Assembly (NCBI GenBank): GCA_038213805.1
Contig: JBBQSO010000093.1
Span: forward strand, 1-19,374
Length of the DNA stretch: 19,374 bases
Source of the DNA: Planctomycetota bacterium
Lineage (GTDB): Bacteria; Planctomycetota; UBA11346
Reading direction: 5' to 3'
Below, piece by piece: positions 1 through 8,274 of this stretch. Under the pieces are notes generated by a model. The model was given only the letters and a program-made list of their open reading frames with translations. It did no database searches and was not told where the DNA came from. The translations under genes were made by a program, and so were the position numbers. The first letter of the stretch is position 1; the number at the start of each line of letters is the position of its first letter.

Positions 1-1
1 C

Positions 2-124
2 GCCGAAATGACGGAACAGTGCATCCGCGTTCTCCGACAATTTGCCTACTCACCTCGGCCCAATAGACACGCCCCCAGGGAATCCAAGATGCCCTTCGGA
101 AGGTCCGTCCAGAGGGGCGGGTGA
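2..124 (+). CDS. Possible 3' end of an upstream gene (partial: AEMTEQCIRVLRQFAYSPRPNRHAPRESKMPFGRSVQRGG*)
   Basis: Open frame from the window edge to TGA at 122-124, followed by TAA. The first part reads as an amphipathic helix, and codon use is less GC3-biased than neighbouring genes. Too short to assign. Confidence 0.3.
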   Translation, partial: AEMTEQCIRVLRQFAYSPRPNRHAPRESKMPFGRSVQRGG

Positions 125-142
125 TAAGTGAACGCCATTGCG

Positions 143-198
143 TCTAGGGTCTAGGGTCTAGGGCCCTGGGCCCTGGGCCCTGGGCCCAGGGCCTCAGG
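143..198. repeat. Composite heptamer tandem array (TCTAGGG)3(CCCTGGG)3 CCCAGGG CCTCAGG
   Basis: Read directly: 8 units in unbroken 7-bp register. Confidence 0.95.
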
Positions 199-285
199 CC
201 CAATGTCTGAGTTGAAACCGACCCCGGCTGGTGCTTGGTACCGGCCGGGCGTGGCGCATGATCAGCGTCCCAGCAAAGGAAGCCC

Positions 286-699
286 ATGTATCCTCCCGAA
301 CTCACCGACCCCATCCGCGGCGAAGTCCATCAGATCGGCCTGACCGAGCTCAAGACCCCCGGCGACGTCGATGTCGCGCTGACCAAGCCGGGCACCGCCC
401 TGGTGTTCGTCAACAGCGTGTGCGGCTGCGCGGCCGGTGGCGCCCGTCCGGGCCTGTACATGGCGTTGCAGAAGGCGGCGAAGAAGCCAGCCCAGCTCAC
501 CACGGTCTTCGCCGGCGTCGACAAGGAGGCGGTGGCCAAGGCGCGCAGCTACTTCGCCGAGTATCCGCCCTCCAGCCCCAGCGCGGCGCTGCTCAAGGAC
601 GGCGAGGTGGTGTGGGTGCTGCACCGTCACCAGATCGAGGGCCGTCCGCCGCAGCAGATCGCGGAAGCCTTCCAGAAGGCCTTCGAAGCGAACTGTTAG
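286..699 (+). CDS. BrxA/BrxB family bacilliredoxin (YphP/YqiW-like), 137 aa
   Basis: VFVNSVCGCAAGGARP CGC motif, TVFAGVDKEA, PPSSPSAALLKDG and HRHQIEGR are family-typical. AAGGAAG lies upstream of the ATG. Confidence 0.92.
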   Translation: MYPPELTDPIRGEVHQIGLTELKTPGDVDVALTKPGTALVFVNSVCGCAAGGARPGLYMALQKAAKKPAQLTTVFAGVDKEAVAKARSYFAEYPPSSPSAALLKDGEVVWVLHRHQIEGRPPQQIAEAFQKAFEANC

Positions 700-705
700 A
701 GAAAC

Positions 706-744
706 GTCCGGAAGTCCGGAAGTCCGGGAGTCCGAAAGTCGGAC
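706..744. repeat. Octamer tandem array GTCCGGAA GTCCGGAA GTCCGGGA GTCCGAAA GTCGGAC
   Basis: Read directly; begins 6 bp after the brx stop codon. Confidence 0.93.
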
Positions 745-858
745 GGCATGCGGATGCGGTGGGTCTCTTCCTTGGCCGGGAAGGCGACAGTAGGTAGGCT
801 GCGGCGAGTGCGTGGAAGTCCGACACCGCGGCCGCTCGCTGACGTACCAGGAGGAGTC

Positions 859-1737
859 ATGGCCGATCGCGACCTCGCGCATGCGGAGAACGCTCCGGGC
901 GGCTTCTTCGTCGACACCACCTGCATCGACTGCGACACCTGCCGGCAGGTCGCGCCCGCGACCTTCATCGCGGTCGACGGCCATTCGGCGGTGGGTGCGC
1001 AGCCAACGGACGCGGCTGGCCGCCAGGCCGCGGCGCGCGCGGTGGTGTGCTGCCCGACCAATTCCATCGGCAGCGACCAGGCCGCGCTGGTGCGCGCGGC
1101 GAGCACGGAGTTCCCCCTCCCCATTGTGGACGGCATCGCTTACTGCGGCTTCACCGCGGGCTCCTCGTTCGGCGCGTCGAGCTACTTCATCCGCCACGCC
1201 GACGGCAACTGGCTGATCGACGCGCCGCGCTGGACGCCGCAGCTGGTCACGGCCATCGAGCGTGCCGGCGGCTTGTGCGGAATCTTCCTCACCCACCGCG
1301 ACGACGTCGCCGACGCTGCGCGCTATGCCCAGCGCTTCGGCGCGCGCCGCGTCATCCACGCGCGCGATGCCGACGCCGTGCCCGGCGCCGAGCAGGTCAT
1401 CGTGGGCGAGGACGAGGTCGCACTCGCCGCCGACCTGGTCGCCATCCCCACCCCGGGCCATACCGCCGGTCACTGCGTCGCGCTCCATCGCGGCACCCAC
1501 CTGTTCAGCGGCGACCACCTGTGGTGGAGCCGGCGCCTGGGTGCGCTCAACGCCTCACGCGAGGTGTGTTGGCACTCCTGGGCGGAGCAGACGGCCTCGG
1601 TGCGCCGCCTGGCGTCACTGGCCTGCACCTGGGTGCTGCCGGGGCACGGTGAGCGCCGGCAGATGACGGTGGCGGAGTACCGCGCCGGGATGTGCGCTTT
1701 GGTAGAGCGCATGGGGCAGGCGCCAGCGGAGGTGTAG
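859..1737 (+). CDS. MBL-fold metallo-hydrolase with N-terminal ferredoxin-like Fe-S domain, 292 aa
   Basis: CIDCDTC...CPTNSIG ferredoxin motif. THRDDVAD, PGHTAGH, FSGDH and LPGHG are MBL motifs. Strong RBS AGGAGGAG before ATG 859. Confidence 0.88.
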   Translation: MADRDLAHAENAPGGFFVDTTCIDCDTCRQVAPATFIAVDGHSAVGAQPTDAAGRQAAARAVVCCPTNSIGSDQAALVRAASTEFPLPIVDGIAYCGFTAGSSFGASSYFIRHADGNWLIDAPRWTPQLVTAIERAGGLCGIFLTHRDDVADAARYAQRFGARRVIHARDADAVPGAEQVIVGEDEVALAADLVAIPTPGHTAGHCVALHRGTHLFSGDHLWWSRRLGALNASREVCWHSWAEQTASVRRLASLACTWVLPGHGERRQMTVAEYRAGMCALVERMGQAPAEV

Positions 1738-1781
1738 TCGTGATTCTGGGAAGCGGCTCAGATGGCCACATTCCAAATCAG

Positions 1782-1825
1782 CTCGACAGACGCGAGGGGC
1801 CGCCGCAGTCCGGGCCTCTGTCGAG
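1782..1825. terminator. Stem-loop between convergent genes (possible terminator)
   Basis: CTCGACAGA (1782-1790) and TCTGTCGAG (1817-1825) form a perfect 9-bp inverted repeat. No clear U-tract. Confidence 0.35.
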
Positions 1826-1846
1826 TCCCGGTTCTACGTGAACGCA

Positions 1847-2656
1847 CTAACGCTCCCGTTCCCGTCGCAGCGCCTCGCTGCGCAGCCCCGTGTACCACGG
1901 GTCGAGCGCCCCGCGCGGCTGCAGCGTGGCGAGCAGCAGGCCTTCCGCCTGCGCCGCCACGCGCACCCCGCGCGCGTCCCACAGTGCGCTGTCCAGCCAG
2001 CGGTCGGTCGCGGCGGTGTTGGCGAGCAGCAGCGGCGTCGCCCACTCCGCGGCGCGCGCGCTGTAGAGCGCGGGGATGACGTGCTGCTTGGTGCCGGGGT
2101 CGACATCGTTGCCGGCCATATGGGCGATGGTGACGAAGGCGTCGACCTCGAGCGCGGCGAGCTCGGCCCACAGTGATCCGAAGCGTAGCTCGTAGCAGAT
2201 CGCCAAGCCGAGCTTCCAGCCGGCGCAGTGGAACGTGCAGGGCTGGGCACCGGGTACGAAGTGCCGGGTGTCGAATGGCGTCAGGGCGCGCTTGCGGTAA
2301 CGCAGGGGCCTGGCCTCGGCGCCAAGGACCACGGCTTCGTTGGCGATGAGCATGGGCTGGCCGCCGTCCGCTGTCGCCACCGGCGCGGCGGTGCCCAGCA
2401 CCAGGGTCACGCCGCGGCGCACGGCCTCTTCCGCGAGTGATTCCTCAAGGTCCGCGGCCTGGCACCAGCTGACCCCCGCCAAGCCGTCGCGCGCGGCACC
2501 AGGGTAGCCGGTCAGGGCGCATTCCGGGGTGAGCAGCAGCTGCGCGCCGGCCGCCGCGGCCTGCGCCAAGCCCCGGCGGATAGCGGCGGCGTTGGCGGCC
2601 AGGTCCGCCTGGGCGGTGAACGCCAGGACGGCGACAGGCAGGGCGGTATTGGGCAT
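1847..2656 (-). CDS. Carbon-nitrogen hydrolase (nitrilase superfamily), 269 aa
   Basis: Catalytic triad motifs TPECALTGY (E), YRK (K) and LAICYELRF (C). Confidence 0.9.
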   Translation of the reverse strand: MPNTALPVAVLAFTAQADLAANAAAIRRGLAQAAAAGAQLLLTPECALTGYPGAARDGLAGVSWCQAADLEESLAEEAVRRGVTLVLGTAAPVATADGGQPMLIANEAVVLGAEARPLRYRKRALTPFDTRHFVPGAQPCTFHCAGWKLGLAICYELRFGSLWAELAALEVDAFVTIAHMAGNDVDPGTKQHVIPALYSARAAEWATPLLLANTAATDRWLDSALWDARGVRVAAQAEGLLLATLQPRGALDPWYTGLRSEALRRERER

Positions 2657-2768
2657 GGGTTGCCTCGTCCGCGATCGTCCCGATCCTGGGCCGCCCGCCA
2701 GCGGCGATCAGCCGACTACACCGCGGGCCGCTTTTCCCGTCCGCCCTTCCCCCTTCCTGCAGCCCGCC

Positions 2769-4202
2769 ATGCCCACCGACCGCTACGACTCGCCCCTCTG
2801 CTCCCGCTACGCCTCCAAGGAGATGCAGCGGCTGTTCTCCGACGACGTCAAGTTCTCGACCTGGCGCAAGCTGTGGTTGGAGCTGGCCAAGGCCGAGAAG
2901 GACCTGGGCCTGCCGATCACCGAGGCGCAGGTCGCCGAGCTCGCCGCGCATCTCACCGACATCGACTACGTCATGGCGGCCGCTGAAGAGAAGAAGCGCC
3001 GCCACGACGTCATGGCGCATGTCCACACCTACGGCCATGTCTGCCCGACCGCGGCGCCGATCATCCACCTCGGTGCGACCAGCTGCTACGTCACCGACAA
3101 CGCCGACCTGTTGGTGATGCGCGATGGTCTCGACCTGCTCGCGGTCAAGCTTGCGCGCGCCATGGACCGCCTCGCGACCTTCGCGCACACCCAGCGTGCG
3201 CTGCCGACCCTCGGCTTCACCCACTTCCAGGCCGCGCAGCTGACCACCGTCGGCAAGCGCGCCTGCCTGTGGCTGCAGGACCTGGCCATGGATCTGCGCA
3301 ATGTCGAGCGCGCGCGCGCCGAGTTGCGCTTCCGTGGCGTCAAGGGCACCACCGGCACGCAGGCCTCGTTCCTGGCGCTGTTCCACGGCGACCACGACAA
3401 GGTCGAGGAGCTCGACCGTCGCGTCACCGCCGCCTTCCATTTCGGCAAGCCCTTCCTGGTCACCGGGCAGACCTACACGCGCAAGCAGGACACCGAGGTC
3501 CTGACCGTGCTCGCCGGCCTGGGCGCGAGCGCGCACAAGCTCGCCACCGACCTGCGCCTGCTCGCCCATCTCAAGGAGATCGAAGAGCCGATCGAGAAGG
3601 ACCAGATCGGCTCGAGCGCGATGGCCTACAAGCGCAACCCGATGCGCGCCGAGCGCGTGTGCTCGCTCTCGCGCCACCTGATGACGCTGGTCGGCGACGC
3701 CTACGCCACGCACAGTGTGCAGTGGATGGAGCGCACCCTCGACGACAGCGCGGTGCGCCGCATCAGCATCCCCGAGGCCTTCCTCGCCGCCGACGCGGTG
3801 CTCGGCATCCTGCAGAACGTCTTCGAGGGCCTCGACGTGCACGAGCAGGTGATCGCCCGGCGCATCGCCGAGGAGCTGCCCTTCATGGCCACCGAGAACA
3901 TCATCATGGCCCTGGTCGAGGCCGGCGGCGACCGCCAGGAGGCGCACGAGCGCATCCGCGTGCTGTCGCGCGAGGCCGCTTCCGAGGTCAAGGACCACGG
4001 CCGCGACAACGACCTGATCGCGCGCGTGCGCGCCGACGCCTTCTTCGCGCCGATCCACGCGCAGCTGCCGGCGCTGCTCGACGCCAGCACCTTCGTCGGC
4101 CGCGCGCCCCAGCAGGTCGACCGCTTCCTCGCCGAGGAGATCCGCCCGGCGCTGGCGCCCTACGCCGGGAAGCTGGGCGGGATCAGCACGCTGAGCGTGT
4201 GA
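2769..4202 (+). CDS. purB: Adenylosuccinate lyase, 477 aa
   Basis: [45 protein letters not shown] and the signature [12 protein letters not shown]. Start trimmed to MPTDRY. Confidence 0.97.
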   Translation: MPTDRYDSPLCSRYASKEMQRLFSDDVKFSTWRKLWLELAKAEKDLGLPITEAQVAELAAHLTDIDYVMAAAEEKKRRHDVMAHVHTYGHVCPTAAPIIHLGATSCYVTDNADLLVMRDGLDLLAVKLARAMDRLATFAHTQRALPTLGFTHFQAAQLTTVGKRACLWLQDLAMDLRNVERARAELRFRGVKGTTGTQASFLALFHGDHDKVEELDRRVTAAFHFGKPFLVTGQTYTRKQDTEVLTVLAGLGASAHKLATDLRLLAHLKEIEEPIEKDQIGSSAMAYKRNPMRAERVCSLSRHLMTLVGDAYATHSVQWMERTLDDSAVRRISIPEAFLAADAVLGILQNVFEGLDVHEQVIARRIAEELPFMATENIIMALVEAGGDRQEAHERIRVLSREAASEVKDHGRDNDLIARVRADAFFAPIHAQLPALLDASTFVGRAPQQVDRFLAEEIRPALAPYAGKLGGISTLSV

Positions 4203-4251
4203 AGCCCCTGGTGAGCGAGGATTCGAGAGTCCGCGGCGCGGGCGACATCCA

Positions 4252-5457
4252 CTAGCCCAAGGCGTGAGCCTTGGGACCCTTGCGCGCCGCCGCCGTGGGC
4301 CCGGGCGCCGCCCATTCCACGCCGGTCTTGGCCCATTTGCCGGTGGCGGCCGACTTCAGCACGGCGTCGCAGACCTTGTCGGTCTCAAGCGCGTCGCGGA
4401 AGGTCGGCGCGCACGGCTTGCCGGCACCGAGCGCGGTCAGGAAGTCGGCGACCTGATGCACGAAGCTGTGCTCGTAGCCGATCTGCAGGCCCGGCACCCA
4501 CCAGTTCTTCATGTAGGGCTGGTCGCCGTCGCTGACGTGGATGGAGCGCCAGCCGCGGGTGATCGACTCGTCGCGGTAGTCGAACATCTCGAGGCGGTGC
4601 AGGTCGTGCAGATCCCACTTCAGCGAGGCGTTCTCGCCGTTGATCTCGAAGGTAAACTGCGCCTTGTGGCCGCGCGCGTAACGCGTCGACTCGAAGTTGC
4701 ACAGCGCGCCGTTGGCGAAGCGCCCGATGAAGGTGCAGGCGTCGTCGATGGTGACCTTCTCGACCTTGCCGGAGCCAACGTGCGTGCGCTCCTTGACGAA
4801 GGTCTCGGTCAGCGCGGTGACCTCGGTGATGCCGCCGTTCAGCCACATCGCGGTGTCGATGCAGTGCGAGAGCAGGTCGCCGGTGACACCCGAGCCGGAG
4901 GCCTTGGCATCGAGGCGCCACAGGCCGGCGCCGCCCTGCGGCAGATCGGCATTGATCGTCCAGTCCTGCAGGAAGTTCGCGCGGAAGTGGAAGATGCGCC
5001 CGAGCTTGCCGCTGTCGATCAGCTGCTTGGCCAGGGTCACCGCCGGGATGCGGCGGTAGTTGTACCACACCGTGTTGGGCACGCCGGCAGCCTCGACCGC
5101 CTTGACCATGCGCATGGCCTCGGCGGCAGTGCGGCCGAGCGGCTTCTCGCACAGCACCATCTTGCCGGCCTTGGCGGCGGCGATGGCGATCTCAGCGTGG
5201 CTGTCGTTGGGCGTGCAGATGTCGATGGCATCGATGTCCTTACGCGCGATCAGCTTCTTCCAGTCGCTTTCGACCGACTCGTAGCCCCACTGCGCAGCGA
5301 AGGCGCTGGTCTTGGCCGCGTCGCGGCCGCACACCGCCTTGAGCACCGGCAGGTAGGGCAGGTCGAAGAAGTTGCCGACCCGGCGGTAGGCGTTGGAGTG
5401 GGTCCGGCCCATGAAGCCGTAGCCGACCAGACCGATGTTCAGTGCTTTCGCCGTCAT
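4252..5457 (-). CDS. Gfo/Idh/MocA family NAD(P)-dependent oxidoreductase, 401 aa
   Basis: Rossmann [14 protein letters not shown] motif and GDLLSH. Start MTAKAL has CAGGAAG upstream. Confidence 0.93.
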   Translation of the reverse strand: MTAKALNIGLVGYGFMGRTHSNAYRRVGNFFDLPYLPVLKAVCGRDAAKTSAFAAQWGYESVESDWKKLIARKDIDAIDICTPNDSHAEIAIAAAKAGKMVLCEKPLGRTAAEAMRMVKAVEAAGVPNTVWYNYRRIPAVTLAKQLIDSGKLGRIFHFRANFLQDWTINADLPQGGAGLWRLDAKASGSGVTGDLLSHCIDTAMWLNGGITEVTALTETFVKERTHVGSGKVEKVTIDDACTFIGRFANGALCNFESTRYARGHKAQFTFEINGENASLKWDLHDLHRLEMFDYRDESITRGWRSIHVSDGDQPYMKNWWVPGLQIGYEHSFVHQVADFLTALGAGKPCAPTFRDALETDKVCDAVLKSAATGKWAKTGVEWAAPGPTAAARKGPKAHALG

Positions 5458-5502
5458 GATATCTTCCTGAAGTGGAGTGTTGAGAGAGAGCAAGGCTGTC
5501 GT

Positions 5503-5593
5503 GCCATCAGCCATCAGCCATCAGCCATCAGCCATCAGCCATCAGCCATCAGCCATCAGCCATCAGCCGAGGCCCCAGGCCCCAGGCCTCAGG
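5503..5593. repeat. Heptamer array (GCCATCA)9 followed by GCCGAGG CCCCAGG CCCCAGG CCTCAGG
   Basis: Nine perfect copies at 5503-5565, then a second heptamer family that overlaps the stop codon at 5589-5591. Confidence 0.97.
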
Positions 5594-6668
5594 CCTTCGC
5601 CGCTTCCGCCTGCTGCCACCCATGCGCATCGCGCACCGCCAGCATCGCCGCCAGGATGTCGTTCCAGGTCTGCTGCTGCTTCATCACGGCGTTGGGGAAC
5701 ATGCAGCCGTCCCAGCACAGGTGCTTGACCGCCTTGGTCACGGCCCCCTTGCCGTCGCGCAGCCAGTAGCCGGCGGCCTTGGGGATGTCGAGCTTGCCGT
5801 TCGGGTCCTTGGCCAGGCAGTGGCGACCGGTCTTGTCGTGCGACCCCTGGCCCTTGACCGTGCCGTCGTTCTGGGCGACGTGGAAGTCGAGCGTCCACGG
5901 CCGCAGCACATCGGTCATTTGCTTGTAGGCGCTGTAGAACACCTCCTTGTCCTGCCAGTCGTAGCCGGCGGGCAGCAGCGCGTCCTCGGGCGCGTTGTAG
6001 CCCATCAGGAAGAGCAGGGTGTGGGCCATGTCGGCCTGCATGCCGACCACGCCAGGCATGCCGACCTTCTCGAAGAGGTCGGCGATCTTGCGCCAGCTCT
6101 GCATGCCGCCCCAGCAGATCTCGCCCTCGGCGGCGAGGCGCTCGCCGTTGTCCTTGGCGATGGCGCCCGCCTCGCGGAAGGTGTCGGCGATCCGCTGCGT
6201 GTTGCCCACCGGGTCCTTGGCCCAATCGGCCGGGCCACCCGCGGAGTCGATGCGGATGAGGTTGTCGCTGCGCACCCCGAGCTGCTTGAGCTTGTTGGCG
6301 ATGCGGCAGGACTTCTTCACCTGCTCGACGAACTGCTTGCGCTCGGCGTCGCTGCCGAAGGCCGAACCGCCGCCGGTCGGCTGCCACACCGGTGCGACCA
6401 GCGAGCCGATGGTCAGGCCGCGCGCACGCACCTTGTCAGCGAGGGCCTTCAGCACGTCGTCGCTGGCATCGATGGAGAGGTGGGGATCGAAGAGGAAGAT
6501 GTCGACGCCGTCGAACTTCACGCCATCGACCTCGGCCTTCGCGGTCATGTCCAACATGGTGTCGAAATCGATGAACGGCTCATCCTGCGGGCCGGAGCCG
6601 CCCTTGCCGACCATGCCGGGCCAGGTGGCATTGTGCAGCTTCGGGAAGTTGTTGGGGTGCTTGCTCAT
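5589..6668 (-). CDS. Xylose-isomerase-like TIM-barrel sugar isomerase/epimerase, 359 aa
   Basis: [15 protein letters not shown]-terminus. Metal-ligand pattern AAEGE...QADMAH...DFHVAQND...CWDGC. Co-oriented with the Gfo/Idh/MocA gene. Confidence 0.85.
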   Translation of the reverse strand: MSKHPNNFPKLHNATWPGMVGKGGSGPQDEPFIDFDTMLDMTAKAEVDGVKFDGVDIFLFDPHLSIDASDDVLKALADKVRARGLTIGSLVAPVWQPTGGGSAFGSDAERKQFVEQVKKSCRIANKLKQLGVRSDNLIRIDSAGGPADWAKDPVGNTQRIADTFREAGAIAKDNGERLAAEGEICWGGMQSWRKIADLFEKVGMPGVVGMQADMAHTLLFLMGYNAPEDALLPAGYDWQDKEVFYSAYKQMTDVLRPWTLDFHVAQNDGTVKGQGSHDKTGRHCLAKDPNGKLDIPKAAGYWLRDGKGAVTKAVKHLCWDGCMFPNAVMKQQQTWNDILAAMLAVRDAHGWQQAEAAKA

Positions 6669-6798
6669 GGCTGGCGGTCTTTGCGGGATGCGGCAGGCGG
6701 TGGGAGTCTGCCGGCGCGTGATCGGGAGTAGGTCGGCAAGGAACGCGTGACGACGGCGCGGTGGACCGCGCATCCACGCAGATCTAGGGGCACCTGCG

Positions 6799-6857
6799 CA
6801 CCGATCAATCGGTGAGCGGCGAGTTTTGCCCCGCAAGACGTTATTGTGCAACAAATT
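6799..6857. promoter_or_regulatory. Candidate operator palindromes in divergent promoter region
   Basis: CACCGAT-CA-ATCGGTG (6799-6814) and TTGT-GCA-ACAA (6844-6854) within an AT-rich patch. Confidence 0.4.
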
Positions 6858-6911
6858 GGGAAAATCAGTCCGGGCTGCGTGCACGCCGCGACGCGGGCGC
6901 TACCGTCCATC

Positions 6912-7448
6912 ATGCCCAAGCCTTGGACCGTGCTCTCACGTCGTACCCTGATCAGCGATCCGTGGCTGCGCCTGCACGCCGAACAGGTGCGCACCGGACA
7001 GGGGATCGAACTCGATCCGTGGTACGTGGTCGAGGCTGCACACTGGGTCACGGTGGTGCCGGTGCTGCCGGACGGGCGCCTGGTGCTGGTCGAGCAGTAC
7101 CGCCACGGCGCCGAGCGCATCTGCCGCGAGCTGCCGGCAGGCAACATCGACGCCGGCGAGGATCCCGTGGTCGCCGCGCTGCGCGAGCTCGCCGAGGAGA
7201 CCGGCTTCCAGGCCATCGGCACGCCGGTGCCGCTCGGCACCTTCTGGCCCGAGCCCGCGCGGTCGCGCGCCACCGCCACCGGCTTCCTGGTGCGCTGCGC
7301 CGCCACGCCCCAGCCGCAGCGGCTCGAACACAGCGAGGACATCGCCGTGGCCCTCATCAGCCAGCAGGAGGCCTTCGGTCCCACCCATGGCGGCATCGTG
7401 CACGGCGCCCAACTCGCCTTTCTGCTGATGGCCCGCCCGCTGCTGTAA
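6912..7448 (+). CDS. NUDIX hydrolase (ADP-ribose pyrophosphatase-like), 178 aa
   Basis: Nudix box GNIDAGEDPVVAALRELAEETG, preceded by VEQYRHG and ELPAG. Confidence 0.92.
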   Translation: MPKPWTVLSRRTLISDPWLRLHAEQVRTGQGIELDPWYVVEAAHWVTVVPVLPDGRLVLVEQYRHGAERICRELPAGNIDAGEDPVVAALRELAEETGFQAIGTPVPLGTFWPEPARSRATATGFLVRCAATPQPQRLEHSEDIAVALISQQEAFGPTHGGIVHGAQLAFLLMARPLL

Positions 7449-7482
7449 AGGTGGGGCGCTGTTCGCCGAGCGAAGCTCCCTG

Positions 7483-7521
7483 AAACGCCGGACGGGCAGA
7501 CCCTGAGGCCTGCCCGTCCGG
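7483..7521 (-). terminator. Intrinsic terminator-like hairpin between convergent genes
   Basis: 12-bp perfect stem CCGGACGGGCAG (7488-7499) / CTGCCCGTCCGG (7510-7521). On the minus strand it extends by a G-U pair and two C-G pairs and is followed by CGTTTC. Confidence 0.7.
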
Positions 7522-7545
7522 GGAATCACTGATTGTGGACGCTGT

Positions 7546-7950
7546 TCAGCGCTTGGCGGCGCCGGCAGTGGCGAAGCAGCCCTGCTCGGCGATGAACGAC
7601 TTGGCCTTGGTGTCCACGTCAGCGGTGGTCACCAGCCAGCCGGTCACCTTCTGGCCGGGGTAGCGCTGCTGGAGCTTGTCGCGCATCTCGACGAAGGCCT
7701 CGCCATCCTTGGAGGAGATCTTCGTGGCGCGGCGCTTGATGTCGACGAACCACACGTCCTTGCGGCCGCGGGCGACGACGATGCGGCCGGTGCCTTCGAT
7801 GCCGAAATTCTTGACCGGCACGGCTTCGACGCTCTGGAACACGGGGAGACGGGTCTCGAGTTCACGGTCGACCACGTCGCCAGGCAGGGGGTGGCCGGCG
7901 CGGAGCAGGCGGATGATGGCTTCCTCGGTGGCACGGACGGCGATGCGCAT
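7546..7950 (-). CDS. Hypothetical basic protein, 134 aa, probable degenerate PD-(D/E)XK / Mrr-like fold
   Basis: RBS AGGAG before the ATG and strongly GC3-biased codons. Pattern EE-helix...IVVA...WFVDIK...GWLVTT resembles restriction-endonuclease-like domains. The CDS is well supported; the fold is inferred. Confidence 0.7.
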   Translation of the reverse strand: MRIAVRATEEAIIRLLRAGHPLPGDVVDRELETRLPVFQSVEAVPVKNFGIEGTGRIVVARGRKDVWFVDIKRRATKISSKDGEAFVEMRDKLQQRYPGQKVTGWLVTTADVDTKAKSFIAEQGCFATAGAAKR

Positions 7951-8031
7951 GCGGACTCCTGTGACGTTGTGGAATGAGCTGACAGAGACGGCTCGGCAAT
8001 CCCATGAGATTGCTCAAAAATCGAGCGCTTG

Positions 8032-8058
8032 AGCATACCAATCGGGGTGAAAACTCAA
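8032..8058 (-). promoter_or_regulatory. Putative sigma-70 promoter for the 134-aa gene
   Basis: Minus strand reads TTGAGT-N15-TATGCT with an extended -10 TGn (TGGTATGCT). The spacer is short. Confidence 0.4.
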
Positions 8059-8274
8059 GCGCAAATTTTTCTTGCCTTCACTGCAGCCCGGATAAGCGCG
8101 AATCTCCAACGTGTTAGAAGACGATGGCTTGGAGAGAAGCTGTCGACTTCGTCCGGGGGCATGCAGAACCTTGATTCGAGTGGTTCCGGGTGATCGCACG
8201 GGCCTTTCCCGGGAGGCACATTTCATCTCGTGTGTACCGTGAACACTAAGGAGGGGGAGGCTCTGCCCCCAGCG

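Noticed and set aside
143..163. Telomere or eukaryotic contamination (TCTAGGG resembles TTTAGGG)
   Set aside because: Only three copies per locus, internal, in both orientations and embedded among bacterial genes.
1738..1850. Integron attC site
   Set aside because: No matching RYYYAAC...GTTRRRY pair brackets the hairpin, and there is no integrase or cassette array.
5477..5728. Repeat-encoded peptides (SAISHQP, and similarly ETRDARR and PEVRKSGS elsewhere) as real small genes
   Set aside because: They are translations of non-triplet DNA repeats in ORFs without RBS support. Only the acyltransferase tail is plausibly translated.
6912..7950. NUDIX plus nuclease-like gene as a defence or toxin-antitoxin pair
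   Set aside because: The genes are convergent, separated by a terminator, with host-like codon usage and no defence-island context.
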